Positions 20,516 through 29,864 are shown, numbered from the stretch's first letter. The stretch is DNA of 57,130 nt from Bacteroidia bacterium (GCA_047614125.1 JBLHHI010000003.1:1-57130); one strand, 5' to 3'. Translations and numbers: made by a program. The notes: generated from the sequence alone by a model not told the origin.

Positions 20516-21845
20516 AACCCGAGTTCCTGCTCTTTTCTTTCTTTTGGCACTAACGGCCTTGTTTATTGGTTTGTTTTTCGGCTTGATTATCGGCCACGAA
20601 TACGCTTCACCGGGCTTTCTTAAGGAGCTTCTTCCGTTTAATAGAATGCGCGAACTGCACGTTGCCTCCGTGGTTTCGTGGATTGTGTTGGCCGCCACGG
20701 GTGGTGTTTATTACTACATCCAAGAAGATGGTTGGCAAGCCTTGCACAATCCACGTTTAAGCAAGGTGCATTTTTGGCTGTTTCTGTTTACGGGCATCGC
20801 AATATTAGTTTCCATTGCTGTTGGCCCTATGGGCGGACGAGAATACCTCACCTTTTATCCGGCCTTGATGATTCCCATTATTTTTGGATGGATTCTTTTT
20901 GCATATAACTACTTTAAAACAGCGAAAACTGGGCAAAAGTGGCCGGTGTACAAATGGATGTGGGCAACCGGAAGCATATTTATGATCTATCATTTAACGG
21001 AATCTAATTTATGGGTGATACCCTATTTTAGAGAGCGCTTTATTTTGGATTTGACGGTGCAATGGAAGAGCTATGGGTCGTTCGTAGGATCTTGGAATAT
21101 GTTGATTTATGGCACGGCCATTTATTTGATGTCGCAAATTAAAAAAGACAGCAACATCGCTCGGAGCAAAACCGCATTTTTCTTCTATTTTCTGGGCTTT
21201 ACAAACTTGATTTTGGGCTGGGCACATCACCTTTACCCAGTTCCAGGAGCACCTTGGATTCGCGGTGTTGGGTATGCAATTAGCATGACCGAGTGGCTCG
21301 TTTTAGCTCAAATGATTTACGCTTGGGCCAAGGCGGTTAAGGAGGATGAAAAGAGAACACATGCCTTTTCATATAAGATGTTGATTGTTACCGATTTTTG
21401 GATCATCGGGAATGTCTTCATCGCCTTGCTCATTTCCATCCCCGCTATTAATCAATTTACCCATGGAACCCACATTACGGTAGCGCATTCTATGGGAACC
21501 ACCATTGGTATTAATTCCAGCATATTAATTGCTTCGATTTACTACGCAATAGGCCGTTGGACAACCATTGATTGGGGCAAGTACAACACGATTTTGATGT
21601 TTGGCAAAGGACTCTTTCACTTAGCCTTGCTTGGCTTTTTATCCTGCTTACTAATTTCAGGATATCACCGTGGACAATGGATGATGTCTGGAAGTACAAT
21701 TCCATTTTCGGATCATTTCGATTCACTGGCCTTGGTATACGACTTGTTCTATGTAGCTGGTTCTTTGCTCGTTGTGGCCATTGTGATGCTGGTTTGGCCG
21801 GCATATCGCATGCTTTGGAAGTTTGTTCGAAATAGTGAGGCGTAA
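20508..21845 (+). CDS. Heme-copper oxidase superfamily subunit I, NorB-related with a non-canonical active site
   Basis: ~12 TM; LPFNRMRELH, GGREYL, GWAHH, NQFTHGTHITVAHSM; overlaps the cytochrome c gene. Confidence 0.88.
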   Translation: MNKTRVPALFFLLALTALFIGLFFGLIIGHEYASPGFLKELLPFNRMRELHVASVVSWIVLAATGGVYYYIQEDGWQALHNPRLSKVHFWLFLFTGIAILVSIAVGPMGGREYLTFYPALMIPIIFGWILFAYNYFKTAKTGQKWPVYKWMWATGSIFMIYHLTESNLWVIPYFRERFILDLTVQWKSYGSFVGSWNMLIYGTAIYLMSQIKKDSNIARSKTAFFFYFLGFTNLILGWAHHLYPVPGAPWIRGVGYAISMTEWLVLAQMIYAWAKAVKEDEKRTHAFSYKMLIVTDFWIIGNVFIALLISIPAINQFTHGTHITVAHSMGTTIGINSSILIASIYYAIGRWTTIDWGKYNTILMFGKGLFHLALLGFLSCLLISGYHRGQWMMSGSTIPFSDHFDSLALVYDLFYVAGSLLVVAIVMLVWPAYRMLWKFVRNSEA

Positions 21846-22318
21846 TCGGGTACTCTTAATCCTGGCTTTTTACTAAACCTCTTTACACGTCTCACATCCC
21901 TTTTTAAGTTTGAAGGCAATCGTTTATTTATGCTTTCTGAATTTTCGTCATCCACATCTAGAACTCTGCTTCTAGAACATCGACTGAGAATTTTAATGCC
22001 ATTTTCCTCCCACAGAAAGAAAAGCCATATTTGACCTTTTTGAATGGGCAAACCACACGAAGCGCTGTACGCACTAGTTTGAACAATGAGTTTGCCGGAA
22101 GTTTGGTCTCCTAACAAGGTTTCTTGAATGTCAATTGTGAACGTTGTTGGATGGATTGAATCCAGTTCAGATATTATTCCAAAACCGATGTAACTGTAGG
22201 CGTTAAGCTCTTCTGCAGATATTTTCTTCGTAAACCGACAAGAGCATGCTTTTACGTCATTGAATGAAAGACCGAAAGCAATAGTTAATAGGAGTGAATG
22301 TATGGTTAAATAATTCAT
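21749..22318 (-). CDS. Secreted TIMP/NTR-like Cys protein (hypothetical)
   Basis: Signal peptide ending VKA then CSC; internal SASCGL and SRCSRS; 3' end overlaps the norB-like gene by 97 bp. Confidence 0.65.
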   Translation of the reverse strand: MNYLTIHSLLLTIAFGLSFNDVKACSCRFTKKISAEELNAYSYIGFGIISELDSIHPTTFTIDIQETLLGDQTSGKLIVQTSAYSASCGLPIQKGQIWLFFLWEENGIKILSRCSRSRVLDVDDENSESINKRLPSNLKRDVRRVKRFSKKPGLRVPDYASLFRTNFQSMRYAGQTSITMATTSKEPAT

Positions 22319-22569
22319 CACACCTTTATTCCAAATGGTTGGTAAAGCGACTTTCAATACTGCGTACTTTTTTGGTTGGACTTTCTCAAATATACAACCG
22401 CACTAACTTTTTTAAATGGATGGATGTAGCTTCTGGCTATAGGTAATGGATTGCGAGCGCGAATTGATCAACACTGTGTACAGCTTTAACTACGCATCAC
22501 AAAACCCTTATGGTTGTTAACGTGCACATCATCTGCTTATTACAAATATTATGCACATTGGCACTATTA

Positions 22570-22700
22570 ATGAATATAAAGATATGAAAGCCAAAGGTTG
22601 CTGTCTTTAGGTAGTAGTTTTATCCAGCAACCAGCAAGTAATTCATATTCATTCAATTAGGGTCCGAAGGGGCGACTGCGAAGTCGCCCTTTCTCGTTTT
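22570..22700 (+). ncRNA. Candidate orphan small RNA (boundaries approximate)
   Basis: GGTTGCTG(22596)/CAGCAACC(22632) stem, then a strong terminator with no + strand gene upstream; contains micro-ORF MKAKGCCL. Confidence 0.3.
22666..22700 (+). terminator. Rho-independent terminator-like hairpin
   Basis: 12-bp stem GAAGGGGCGACT / AGTCGCCCTTTC (one G-U), GCGA tetraloop, followed by TCGTTTT. Confidence 0.75.
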
Positions 22701-22707
22701 AAGTTGA

Positions 22708-23083
22708 CAATTCGCTCAGCTTCGCTGAAAGAATTGATCCAGACAAGTTTTACTTCGTCTGGGAAGCTGAAGTTGAAGTTGAAGATGAAAGAATTTTGCG
22801 TGCAGCGAAGAGCTCAGGGTGACCCTTCGTGGTGATTAAATGAATGCTATGAATAACCCCGTGCTTCAGCTCGTGGGAAAGTGGATTTATAGCGCCACCC
22901 GCGCAGTCACGCTGAATTCAATTCAGCATCTTGTATATTTTAAAAGCAATTTGTAAGATCTTGGTTATCAATCGTAAAGACCCTGTCCCGAACCGAGTCC
23001 AGGATGACTTCAAGTTCAGGGTGACCTTTCATGATGATTAAATGAAAGCTATAAATTTCCCCGTGCTTCAGCTCGGGGAGTGG
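22708..23083. repeat. Cluster of REP/MITE-like hairpins with a ~72-bp direct repeat
   Basis: Hairpins at 22708-22736, 22739-22762 and 22906-22931; imperfect direct repeat 22811-22884 vs 23013-23083 ending in CCCCGTGCTTCAGCTCG(T)GGG. Confidence 0.75.
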
Positions 23084-23086
23084 GTA

Positions 23087-23320
23087 CTACATATCCCAAA
23101 CAGAAGGCTTATTCCGGCCCAAGCGATTGCGAACCTCCATCCAAAAAGCTAAGAACAAATAAATGAGAATGGATGAACCAAAGGTGATGAACGAAAGATA
23201 GATGAAGTATAAACGAATTCTCGAATCCGTCATACCTAGTTTTTCTCCTACATAGGCACTTACCCCAAAAAATCGCTGCTCAATAATGTACTTCCAAGTT
23301 TCTAATACTCGCTTTTTCAT
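23087..23320 (-). CDS. PspC domain-containing protein
   Basis: FGVSAYVGEKLG...IRLYFIYLSFITFGS.ILIYL, Bacteroidota PspC-like; overlaps the DUF2851 stop. Confidence 0.85.
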   Translation of the reverse strand: MKKRVLETWKYIIEQRFFGVSAYVGEKLGMTDSRIRLYFIYLSFITFGSSILIYLFLAFWMEVRNRLGRNKPSVWDM

Positions 23321-24603
23321 ACCTCTTCCTGTTTGCGTAATAACCTATGTCCCAACGAACATTGCAAACATTTTTTCAAATTACAATAATTATTCTTTAA
23401 CTGCAAAATTCCTTGACTGTCAATAGCCGAAGATTGCGAAAATCCAACACCGTTCATCACCTTGGTAATAGCATTGATCTCTGGCGGCAGTGCCGACATG
23501 GCATCGAGCAAAGATTCAAGCTTCTCTCCATCGTCGTGTTGCTGGAAGTAGGCGTACTTTACTGGAACCACTGCGTTAATGATCAAAGAGAGCACTGTGG
23601 TTTCTCCTAGATGTTTGGCACTCGGTTTTTTAGCAGCTAATCCAAAGTTGAAATGACTGTTCCAATACTCCGAAACATCGGTGCTTAAAATGGCCTTGTA
23701 TTCTAAAAAGGACTCCGCTTCCAACACGCGTCGGAATAAATGATCGCTTTTGTGAATCATCATGGCCAGCTGAGCCAATCGAATGGTTGCAAAGTTTGCG
23801 GGCCGCAGTCGCAAGAACTTCCAGATGTGCGGTTGAAGAACCTCCAACTGATATTTGTTTTGTAAGAACGTGAACTCCTTTTTTAGTTTTTTCGAGTAGG
23901 CATCTTTTGGTTTTTGAATTAAGAAGCCCGATGCTCCAAATATCAACGCCTCCAGCTGATCGAGATTGTTACGATGTTTGAGTAATAAGTTGATAGGCAG
24001 CGCTTTAGAGAGCATTTCGAAAGGTAGCTTGTTAACCCGTAAGCCAAAGGTTGTGCAGAGTTCTTGGTAAAAGACTTCTGCCCAATCGCCGTTCGAGTCT
24101 TTTAAACTTTGAAGCACTCGAAGTGCCTTTCCTTCTAATCGTTCTACCGCCATTCGATGAACTACCATGGCTTTGAGCTCGGGATCTAATTTTGACACTA
24201 AACGCTCGCACGGTATGATGTGAGAATTGCTGATGAGCGACTCGTACCGATTTATAAGATTGGGTGAAATTCGATGGTGCAATTCAACGCACGGCAATAA
24301 GGATCCATCGCTTAAAAACACATCGCGATCGCACTCATAACACACATGTAAGATGGTTGAATTGTACGTTTCATCCAGATGGTGTTTGTGGGCATACCAA
24401 TCGCTGCTTTTGATGTGTATTTCAACATCGCCCACCCATGTTGTGTTCTCTATATGGATGTGTGCATGACTAAAATCTGGGCCTCCATCTTGGTGAAGTC
24501 TGCCGGTTTTAATAAGCTGAATGGATTGGTTTTTTGTGGTTTGTAAGTCGGAAATATTAAAAGACGTAGTAAGCCACACGTAGTGTAGAAAGGATTCGTT
24601 CAT
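23317..24603 (-). CDS. DUF2851 family protein
   Basis: MNESFLHYVW, GPDF, WVGDVEIH..SSDW..H.H..D..YN, RLRPANF.TIRLAQ, C-terminal CxxxxCLxC. Confidence 0.92.
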   Translation of the reverse strand: MNESFLHYVWLTTSFNISDLQTTKNQSIQLIKTGRLHQDGGPDFSHAHIHIENTTWVGDVEIHIKSSDWYAHKHHLDETYNSTILHVCYECDRDVFLSDGSLLPCVELHHRISPNLINRYESLISNSHIIPCERLVSKLDPELKAMVVHRMAVERLEGKALRVLQSLKDSNGDWAEVFYQELCTTFGLRVNKLPFEMLSKALPINLLLKHRNNLDQLEALIFGASGFLIQKPKDAYSKKLKKEFTFLQNKYQLEVLQPHIWKFLRLRPANFATIRLAQLAMMIHKSDHLFRRVLEAESFLEYKAILSTDVSEYWNSHFNFGLAAKKPSAKHLGETTVLSLIINAVVPVKYAYFQQHDDGEKLESLLDAMSALPPEINAITKVMNGVGFSQSSAIDSQGILQLKNNYCNLKKCLQCSLGHRLLRKQEEV

Positions 24604-24656
24604 GGTAATTTTAAGTTGGTTTGGAAAACGAATATACGAAAATGGTTTTTTGTATC

Positions 24657-25454
24657 CTACAAATACACCGCCATTTGCTCTTGCAACTTTTTCGCTTCTT
24701 GTTTTGCTTTTTCGGCAAAATCAAGTCCATTTCCAGCGTAAATAATTCCACGCGAAGAATTGACAAGTAAGCCACAATTAGCGTTGCTTCCATTTTCGGC
24801 AACTTCGGTTAAACTTCCACCCTGACTTCCAACACCAGGAACCAATAAAAAGTGGTTTGGTAAAATTCGACGAATGTTTTGCAATGATTCGGCTTTCGTA
24901 GCACCCACTACAAACATCATATTATCTGGACTTCCCCAAGTGGCAGCTTTTTTAAGAACGGTTTCGTATAAAAAACCTTCTTCTGTTTTAACTTGCTGAA
25001 AATCAGAACTCCCAGAGTTTGAGGTGAGTCCCAATACAATAACAACCTTTCCGCTCTCCATGAACGGCTCCACCGAATCTCGGCCCATGTATGGACTAAC
25101 TGTAATGCTGTCGAAGTTCATGTTTTCTAAAAAAGCCTTGGCATACATTTTTCCGGTATTTCCAATATCACCACGCTTTGCATCAGCTATGGTAAAACAA
25201 TCGTCTGGAATCAATGCTAAGGTTTGCTCCATGGCCTTCCAACCATCGGCACCGTATTGCTCATAAAAGGCCGTGTTGATTTTATAACTTATGGCATACG
25301 CTGAAGTAGCTTCGATTATGGCGCGGTTAAACGCCACCAATCCTTTCATCGATTGATCGAAGTGGGCAGGAATCTTGCTCAAATCTGTATCCAAACCAAC
25401 GCATAGAAAGCTTTTTTTCGTTTGGATTTGGGCGATTAAATCTTGGACGTTCAT
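24657..25454 (-). CDS. pyrF: Orotidine-5'-phosphate decarboxylase
   Basis: LCVGLD, IADAKRGDIGNT, VVGAT, LVPGVGSQGG, NSSRGIIYA. Confidence 0.97.
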   Translation of the reverse strand: MNVQDLIAQIQTKKSFLCVGLDTDLSKIPAHFDQSMKGLVAFNRAIIEATSAYAISYKINTAFYEQYGADGWKAMEQTLALIPDDCFTIADAKRGDIGNTGKMYAKAFLENMNFDSITVSPYMGRDSVEPFMESGKVVIVLGLTSNSGSSDFQQVKTEEGFLYETVLKKAATWGSPDNMMFVVGATKAESLQNIRRILPNHFLLVPGVGSQGGSLTEVAENGSNANCGLLVNSSRGIIYAGNGLDFAEKAKQEAKKLQEQMAVYL

Positions 25455-25477
25455 TTATTTGGGTTAATGAGTTAACG

Positions 25478-25520
25478 GTCCTGAACCAAGTTCAGGATGA
25501 CGGGTTTATGGTTTATGGTT
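25478..25520. repeat. Single REP-like palindrome plus a short tandem repeat
   Basis: TCCTGAAC-CAA-GTTCAGGA-TGAC, related to AGTTCAGGGTGAC / GTCCAGGATGAC at ~22997-23025; followed by (GGTTTAT)2GGTTT. Confidence 0.6.
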
Positions 25521-25594
25521 TCGGGTTGAATGAATATTTTACGTATGCAAAAATACCATTATTCTTTTTGTTGGGAATACAAGCAGGAGCCAAC

Positions 25595-26653
25595 CTACGT
25601 CTTTTCTAGGAAGCGTATAACGGCATTGTGCCCACTTTTTAAAAGGGTGTCTTTTTCTTCGGCTGAGAGCTTTCTGACCTTGCTGTTAAAGTTCTTGGTA
25701 TCGATCGAAATCGTTCGTTCCCAATCCGCTGCATTCAGTGAAATCCGATTGATTTTTTCGAACGACATGTTGTAAAAAGCACTCATGTACTCACCCAAAC
25801 CGGCCACATTTACTGGGGCAATACCAAAGCCTGCCTCATCAAAAACTACTTGTTCAGATCGATCTAATCGCAATCCCAACGTATTTTTGTTTGGGAGGAA
25901 GTACGAACACGTTCCGTCGTCGATAAAGGTATCAAACACGTGGATTGGATAGTTCATTGCCAGCCCGCCATCCACCATCAATAGGGTAGAATCGGTTCGG
26001 TCTTTATGGCTCACAATGGTACCATCGGGATTTAAAAAAATGGTTTCGAAATAGAACGGGATGGTCATGCTTATTCGAACGGCGTCTACAATGCGCATGG
26101 TTGGAAACGTAAGATGCGAGAAAAGAATGGTTTTTTGTTGATCTATGCTCGTTCCTGTGATGTAAAGTTCTTTAAATGAGGGGTTTGCTTGTGCAGAATC
26201 GAAAAGCATAGCAAAGGTGAAATCTTTGTTTCCCACCTTTCGTCCAACCACCTCTTCCAACATGGTCGTAAACCGTTCGGAGCTGTACCATCCATATTTT
26301 GTTCTCATCCGAACCGCTGGCCCGATAAACGGAAAACCCTTTTGATTGAATTTGTGATACGGTGTTTGATAACTTATGGCCGCCAATTCTTTGGGTGTGT
26401 AGCCCAGGGCCAAAACTGTTGCATTAATAGCACCGCTGCTGGTTCCTGCAATTTTACGTACTGAATCGAGCATGTGGCGTTTTTCTAATTCCAATAAGGC
26501 ACCGGGATATGCCATACCCTTCATTCCTCCACCTTCTAAAATCAAGTTGTAAATGGGCTCTTGAGCGCTGCTAGGAGCCGATCCAAAAAGAAAGAATAGC
26601 GTGCACCCTATACCTAATGCCATTACATGTATTTTGTTCATAGTGCTTTCCAT
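25595..26653 (-). CDS. Patatin-like phospholipase, secreted; start revised to MESTM
   Basis: EGGGMKG, GTSSG (GxSxG), VDGG. Confidence 0.92.
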   Translation of the reverse strand: MESTMNKIHVMALGIGCTLFFLFGSAPSSAQEPIYNLILEGGGMKGMAYPGALLELEKRHMLDSVRKIAGTSSGAINATVLALGYTPKELAAISYQTPYHKFNQKGFPFIGPAVRMRTKYGWYSSERFTTMLEEVVGRKVGNKDFTFAMLFDSAQANPSFKELYITGTSIDQQKTILFSHLTFPTMRIVDAVRISMTIPFYFETIFLNPDGTIVSHKDRTDSTLLMVDGGLAMNYPIHVFDTFIDDGTCSYFLPNKNTLGLRLDRSEQVVFDEAGFGIAPVNVAGLGEYMSAFYNMSFEKINRISLNAADWERTISIDTKNFNSKVRKLSAEEKDTLLKSGHNAVIRFLEKT

Positions 26654-26663
26654 TGAAATTAAT

Positions 26664-27368
26664 TCACAGCCCCAACACAAAAACTGCGGGACGCTTGTGT
26701 AAGAAATCTTCTTGTACTCCCCAATCAGCCAATTTTTTTCGAATGATTTGTTCTGTATCCAAGCTAATATCAACCACCACGCAGAGCTCAATGTTTGATG
26801 CCAAAGCGCCTTTTAAATCAGCAATTACAGAAGCATTTCGATATGGGGTTTCGATGAATATTTGCGTTTGTCCCTTGTTGATATTAGATACCAAGGTTCG
26901 AATCATTTTCGACTTACGTTCTTTATTATGCGGTAGGTATCCATGAAATTGAAAATTCTGTCCGGTAAAGCCCGAAGCCATCAAGGCTTGCATAATGGAT
27001 GACTGACCCGATAATGGAACGACATCAATTCCCTTTTGTAAGGCAATTTTAACTACTTGATAACCGGGGTCGGCTACACAGGGCAAACCGGCATCGCTTA
27101 AAAGACCGATGTTCTCTCCACGCATGCATGCTCTTAAAAAGCCTGGAACCTCCATGGGGTCCGTGTGTTTATTCAAAAAGTGGAAGATAAAATCATCCTG
27201 CGAAATGGGCGTTTGTATGGCCTTTAAGAAGGCCCGAGCGGGTTTTTCGTTTTCTATTACAAACTCCCTGAGCCCATGTATGCATTGGATGTTGAACCTA
27301 GGTAATAGGTCTACATTGCTGTTGCCCAGAAAATTTGGGATTAAATAAAGCTTCCCAGGAGCGCTCAT
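26664..27368 (-). CDS. RsmI-like SAM-dependent (tetrapyrrole methylase family) methyltransferase
   Basis: GKLYLIPNFLG, LSDAGLPCVADPG, ALMASGF.GQNF.FHGYLP, FIETPYRN. Confidence 0.9.
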   Translation of the reverse strand: MSAPGKLYLIPNFLGNSNVDLLPRFNIQCIHGLREFVIENEKPARAFLKAIQTPISQDDFIFHFLNKHTDPMEVPGFLRACMRGENIGLLSDAGLPCVADPGYQVVKIALQKGIDVVPLSGQSSIMQALMASGFTGQNFQFHGYLPHNKERKSKMIRTLVSNINKGQTQIFIETPYRNASVIADLKGALASNIELCVVVDISLDTEQIIRKKLADWGVQEDFLHKRPAVFVLGL

Positions 27369-27370
27369 CT

Positions 27371-29560
27371 TTACTTAGAAGTCTTTAACATATCTTCGGC
27401 AATCTGTAAGGTTTCATACAGATAAACATCCTTCATCAAACCTTTGTGCCAGTCGGCGGCTCTTTTAAGTTTTACCGTGTCAGAACCTATTTCTTTAGCG
27501 TCTTGAAGTAAGGTAGTAACCTGCACATCGTCGTGCGATTTAAACATCTTTGAGAATTGATCGCTCACTTTTTTGCGTTCTTTCAATTCGTTTCGGTACT
27601 TAACAAGATTCAAGGTTTGAACCTTAGTCTCGCTCTGAGTTTTCCATCGTTTCGCATTTACTTCCAACTCGGTAAAAATCGGATTTGCCTTGGTGCGTTT
27701 ATCGCTTTCTTTTTTCAAATCCTTCATAGTACTCACATCATGCAAAACCTTATACGATGTACCAGAAATCTTATCCCATTTCATGGCATTGTCTTGTTCT
27801 TGCTCTCCTGTTGGAATGTAGGTGTAGTTATCTGGCCAGATGATATCTGGCGTAACTCCCTTTAATTGAGTGGATTCGCCATTAATTCGGTAGAATTTCT
27901 GGGTCGTTAATTTCAATGAACCAAGATCTCCATAGTCGTTGCTCCGAAGAGTTTGGTTTAAGTCGATGAACCGCTGAACTGTTCCTTTTCCGTGCGTAGA
28001 ATTCGAACCAACGATTATTGCTCGTCCGTAGTCTTGCATTGCGGCAGCCATAATTTCGGATGCGGAAGCACTAAACTCATTCACCATAATTATTACGGGC
28101 TTATTCCATTCAATGCTGCCGTCGTTATCTCGCATAATATACGGATCGTGTTGTTTGTCTTTCACTTGAACAATCGGACCCTTTTCGATAAACAACCCCG
28201 TCATATCAACTACGTCGTTTAAAGAACCGCCGCCATTATTTCTTAAGTCGAAAATCAGAGCCTCAGCATTATTGGCATTTAGTTTCTTCAACTCATCGCG
28301 AACATCTTTCCACGATGTTCTTCCACCACCACCAGTAAAATCTGTATAAAAGCTGGGCAGATTGATGTAGCCAATCTTACGATTATCTGCATCGTTGATC
28401 AAAACAGATTTTGCGTAGGTTTCTTCCAACAAAACCACATCCCGAACGATGGGTATTACCTTAATTGCTCCGTCCGGCTTTTGAACCGTAAGCTTAACAG
28501 TAGAACCTTTCTTACCTCGAATTAATTTAACGGCATCATCAATATGAGCGTTTACAATATCTACGGCTTCTTCATTTCCTTGACCCACTTTTAAGATCAA
28601 ATCGTTGGCTTGTAATTCACCTTGCATAGCAGAAGGTGAACCGGCAACAATGGATGTAACTCGAATGTAGCCTTCTTTTTCTTGCAGCTGCGCTCCAATA
28701 CCTTCCAACCTGCCACTCATTCGAATGTCGAAATTGTCTTTATCGGCCGGAGGGAAGTAGCCGGTATGCGGATCAAATAACGTTGTGATCGCATTGGTAT
28801 AAACGGCCAAGCGGTCTTTACGTTCCAGCCGATTCATACGTTCAAACCAATCGTTGTGGGTTTTTAATACTCCTTCGCGTGCTTTTTGCTCCAGTTCTTC
28901 AAATGATTTTGTAGCGCCATCTTCGGCAGCTACAGAAAGGTCAACTTCACTTTGCTCATCATCGTCCATCGAACTAATAGAGGGCTCAATGTCGAATTCT
29001 TCTTCTTCGTTTTTACTTTTACTCGCTGCTTTTTCCTGCACATCCATTGAGGTGGCTAAACGAGTCATAACGTTGTATTTCAAATACTTGCGCCATCGTT
29101 CTTTAAGTTCAACTTCTGTTTTAGCATACGGCAGATCTTCGCTAAAATCTACGTTTTCATCCACTGTAAAATCAAAGGGCTTGGCTAAAATCTCCTTAAA
29201 ATAGGTTTCGCAAACCTTGTTGCGCTGGTTGATGATTAAAACACTTTTATCAAAAAATTCTAACGACCCAGCCAACGACTGATCATCGATGAGCTTTTTA
29301 TATTTGGCCAATTCATCTACATCTTTTTGCAAGAGAAAGCGTTTGCTTCCGTCGATGTAGTCCATGTAGTGATCAAAAGCACGAGCCGAAAAGTCATCGT
29401 TGATGGTAATCGGGCTGTAATGCATGTTTTTGAGATTTTCCAACACCACCGGAATGAGGATGTCATCGCTCTTATCATTTGTTTTGAGGAAGAACCCCCA
29501 GCTAATTAGGGTTATCGGTACCACAATCATGGCGGCCTTCATCATTTTTGGAATTCCCAT
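27371..29560 (-). CDS. Carboxy-terminal processing peptidase (S41, Prc/Tsp-like) with PDZ domain
   Basis: DPHTGY, LEGIGAQL, DLRNNGGGSL, SASASEI, GKGTVQ, KFYRINGESTQ. Confidence 0.95.
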   Translation of the reverse strand: MGIPKMMKAAMIVVPITLISWGFFLKTNDKSDDILIPVVLENLKNMHYSPITINDDFSARAFDHYMDYIDGSKRFLLQKDVDELAKYKKLIDDQSLAGSLEFFDKSVLIINQRNKVCETYFKEILAKPFDFTVDENVDFSEDLPYAKTEVELKERWRKYLKYNVMTRLATSMDVQEKAASKSKNEEEEFDIEPSISSMDDDEQSEVDLSVAAEDGATKSFEELEQKAREGVLKTHNDWFERMNRLERKDRLAVYTNAITTLFDPHTGYFPPADKDNFDIRMSGRLEGIGAQLQEKEGYIRVTSIVAGSPSAMQGELQANDLILKVGQGNEEAVDIVNAHIDDAVKLIRGKKGSTVKLTVQKPDGAIKVIPIVRDVVLLEETYAKSVLINDADNRKIGYINLPSFYTDFTGGGGRTSWKDVRDELKKLNANNAEALIFDLRNNGGGSLNDVVDMTGLFIEKGPIVQVKDKQHDPYIMRDNDGSIEWNKPVIIMVNEFSASASEIMAAAMQDYGRAIIVGSNSTHGKGTVQRFIDLNQTLRSNDYGDLGSLKLTTQKFYRINGESTQLKGVTPDIIWPDNYTYIPTGEQEQDNAMKWDKISGTSYKVLHDVSTMKDLKKESDKRTKANPIFTELEVNAKRWKTQSETKVQTLNLVKYRNELKERKKVSDQFSKMFKSHDDVQVTTLLQDAKEIGSDTVKLKRAADWHKGLMKDVYLYETLQIAEDMLKTSK

Positions 29561-29864
29561 ATCTTGTACTTTCTTTTTATTACTTGCCTTTCTTACTGCA
29601 GTCTCAACCCTTCAATACCTTTACAACTTTAGAAGTAAATGCGATTGGCTTTGCTTTACAAAAATAAGTCACGACGGTCGTTTATAACGCTTCGTGTTTA
29701 ATGATAACGTCAATTATTGAGCTTGAAGACTCGATTTGTAATATTAATCGATGGATGACATAATCGTACCGATGTAATAAAGCCATTTTGTAAAAAGGCA
29801 TACATCCATGCCTAAAATCGAGTGGCAAATTGCCTTATTTTGCAGGAATCAAAAATTCAGTTTA

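Noticed and set aside
20508-21845. Calling it norB or cbb3 ccoN
   Set aside because: Key FeB/CuB ligands and the second heme His are substituted and there is no ccoO/P, so the symbol is withheld
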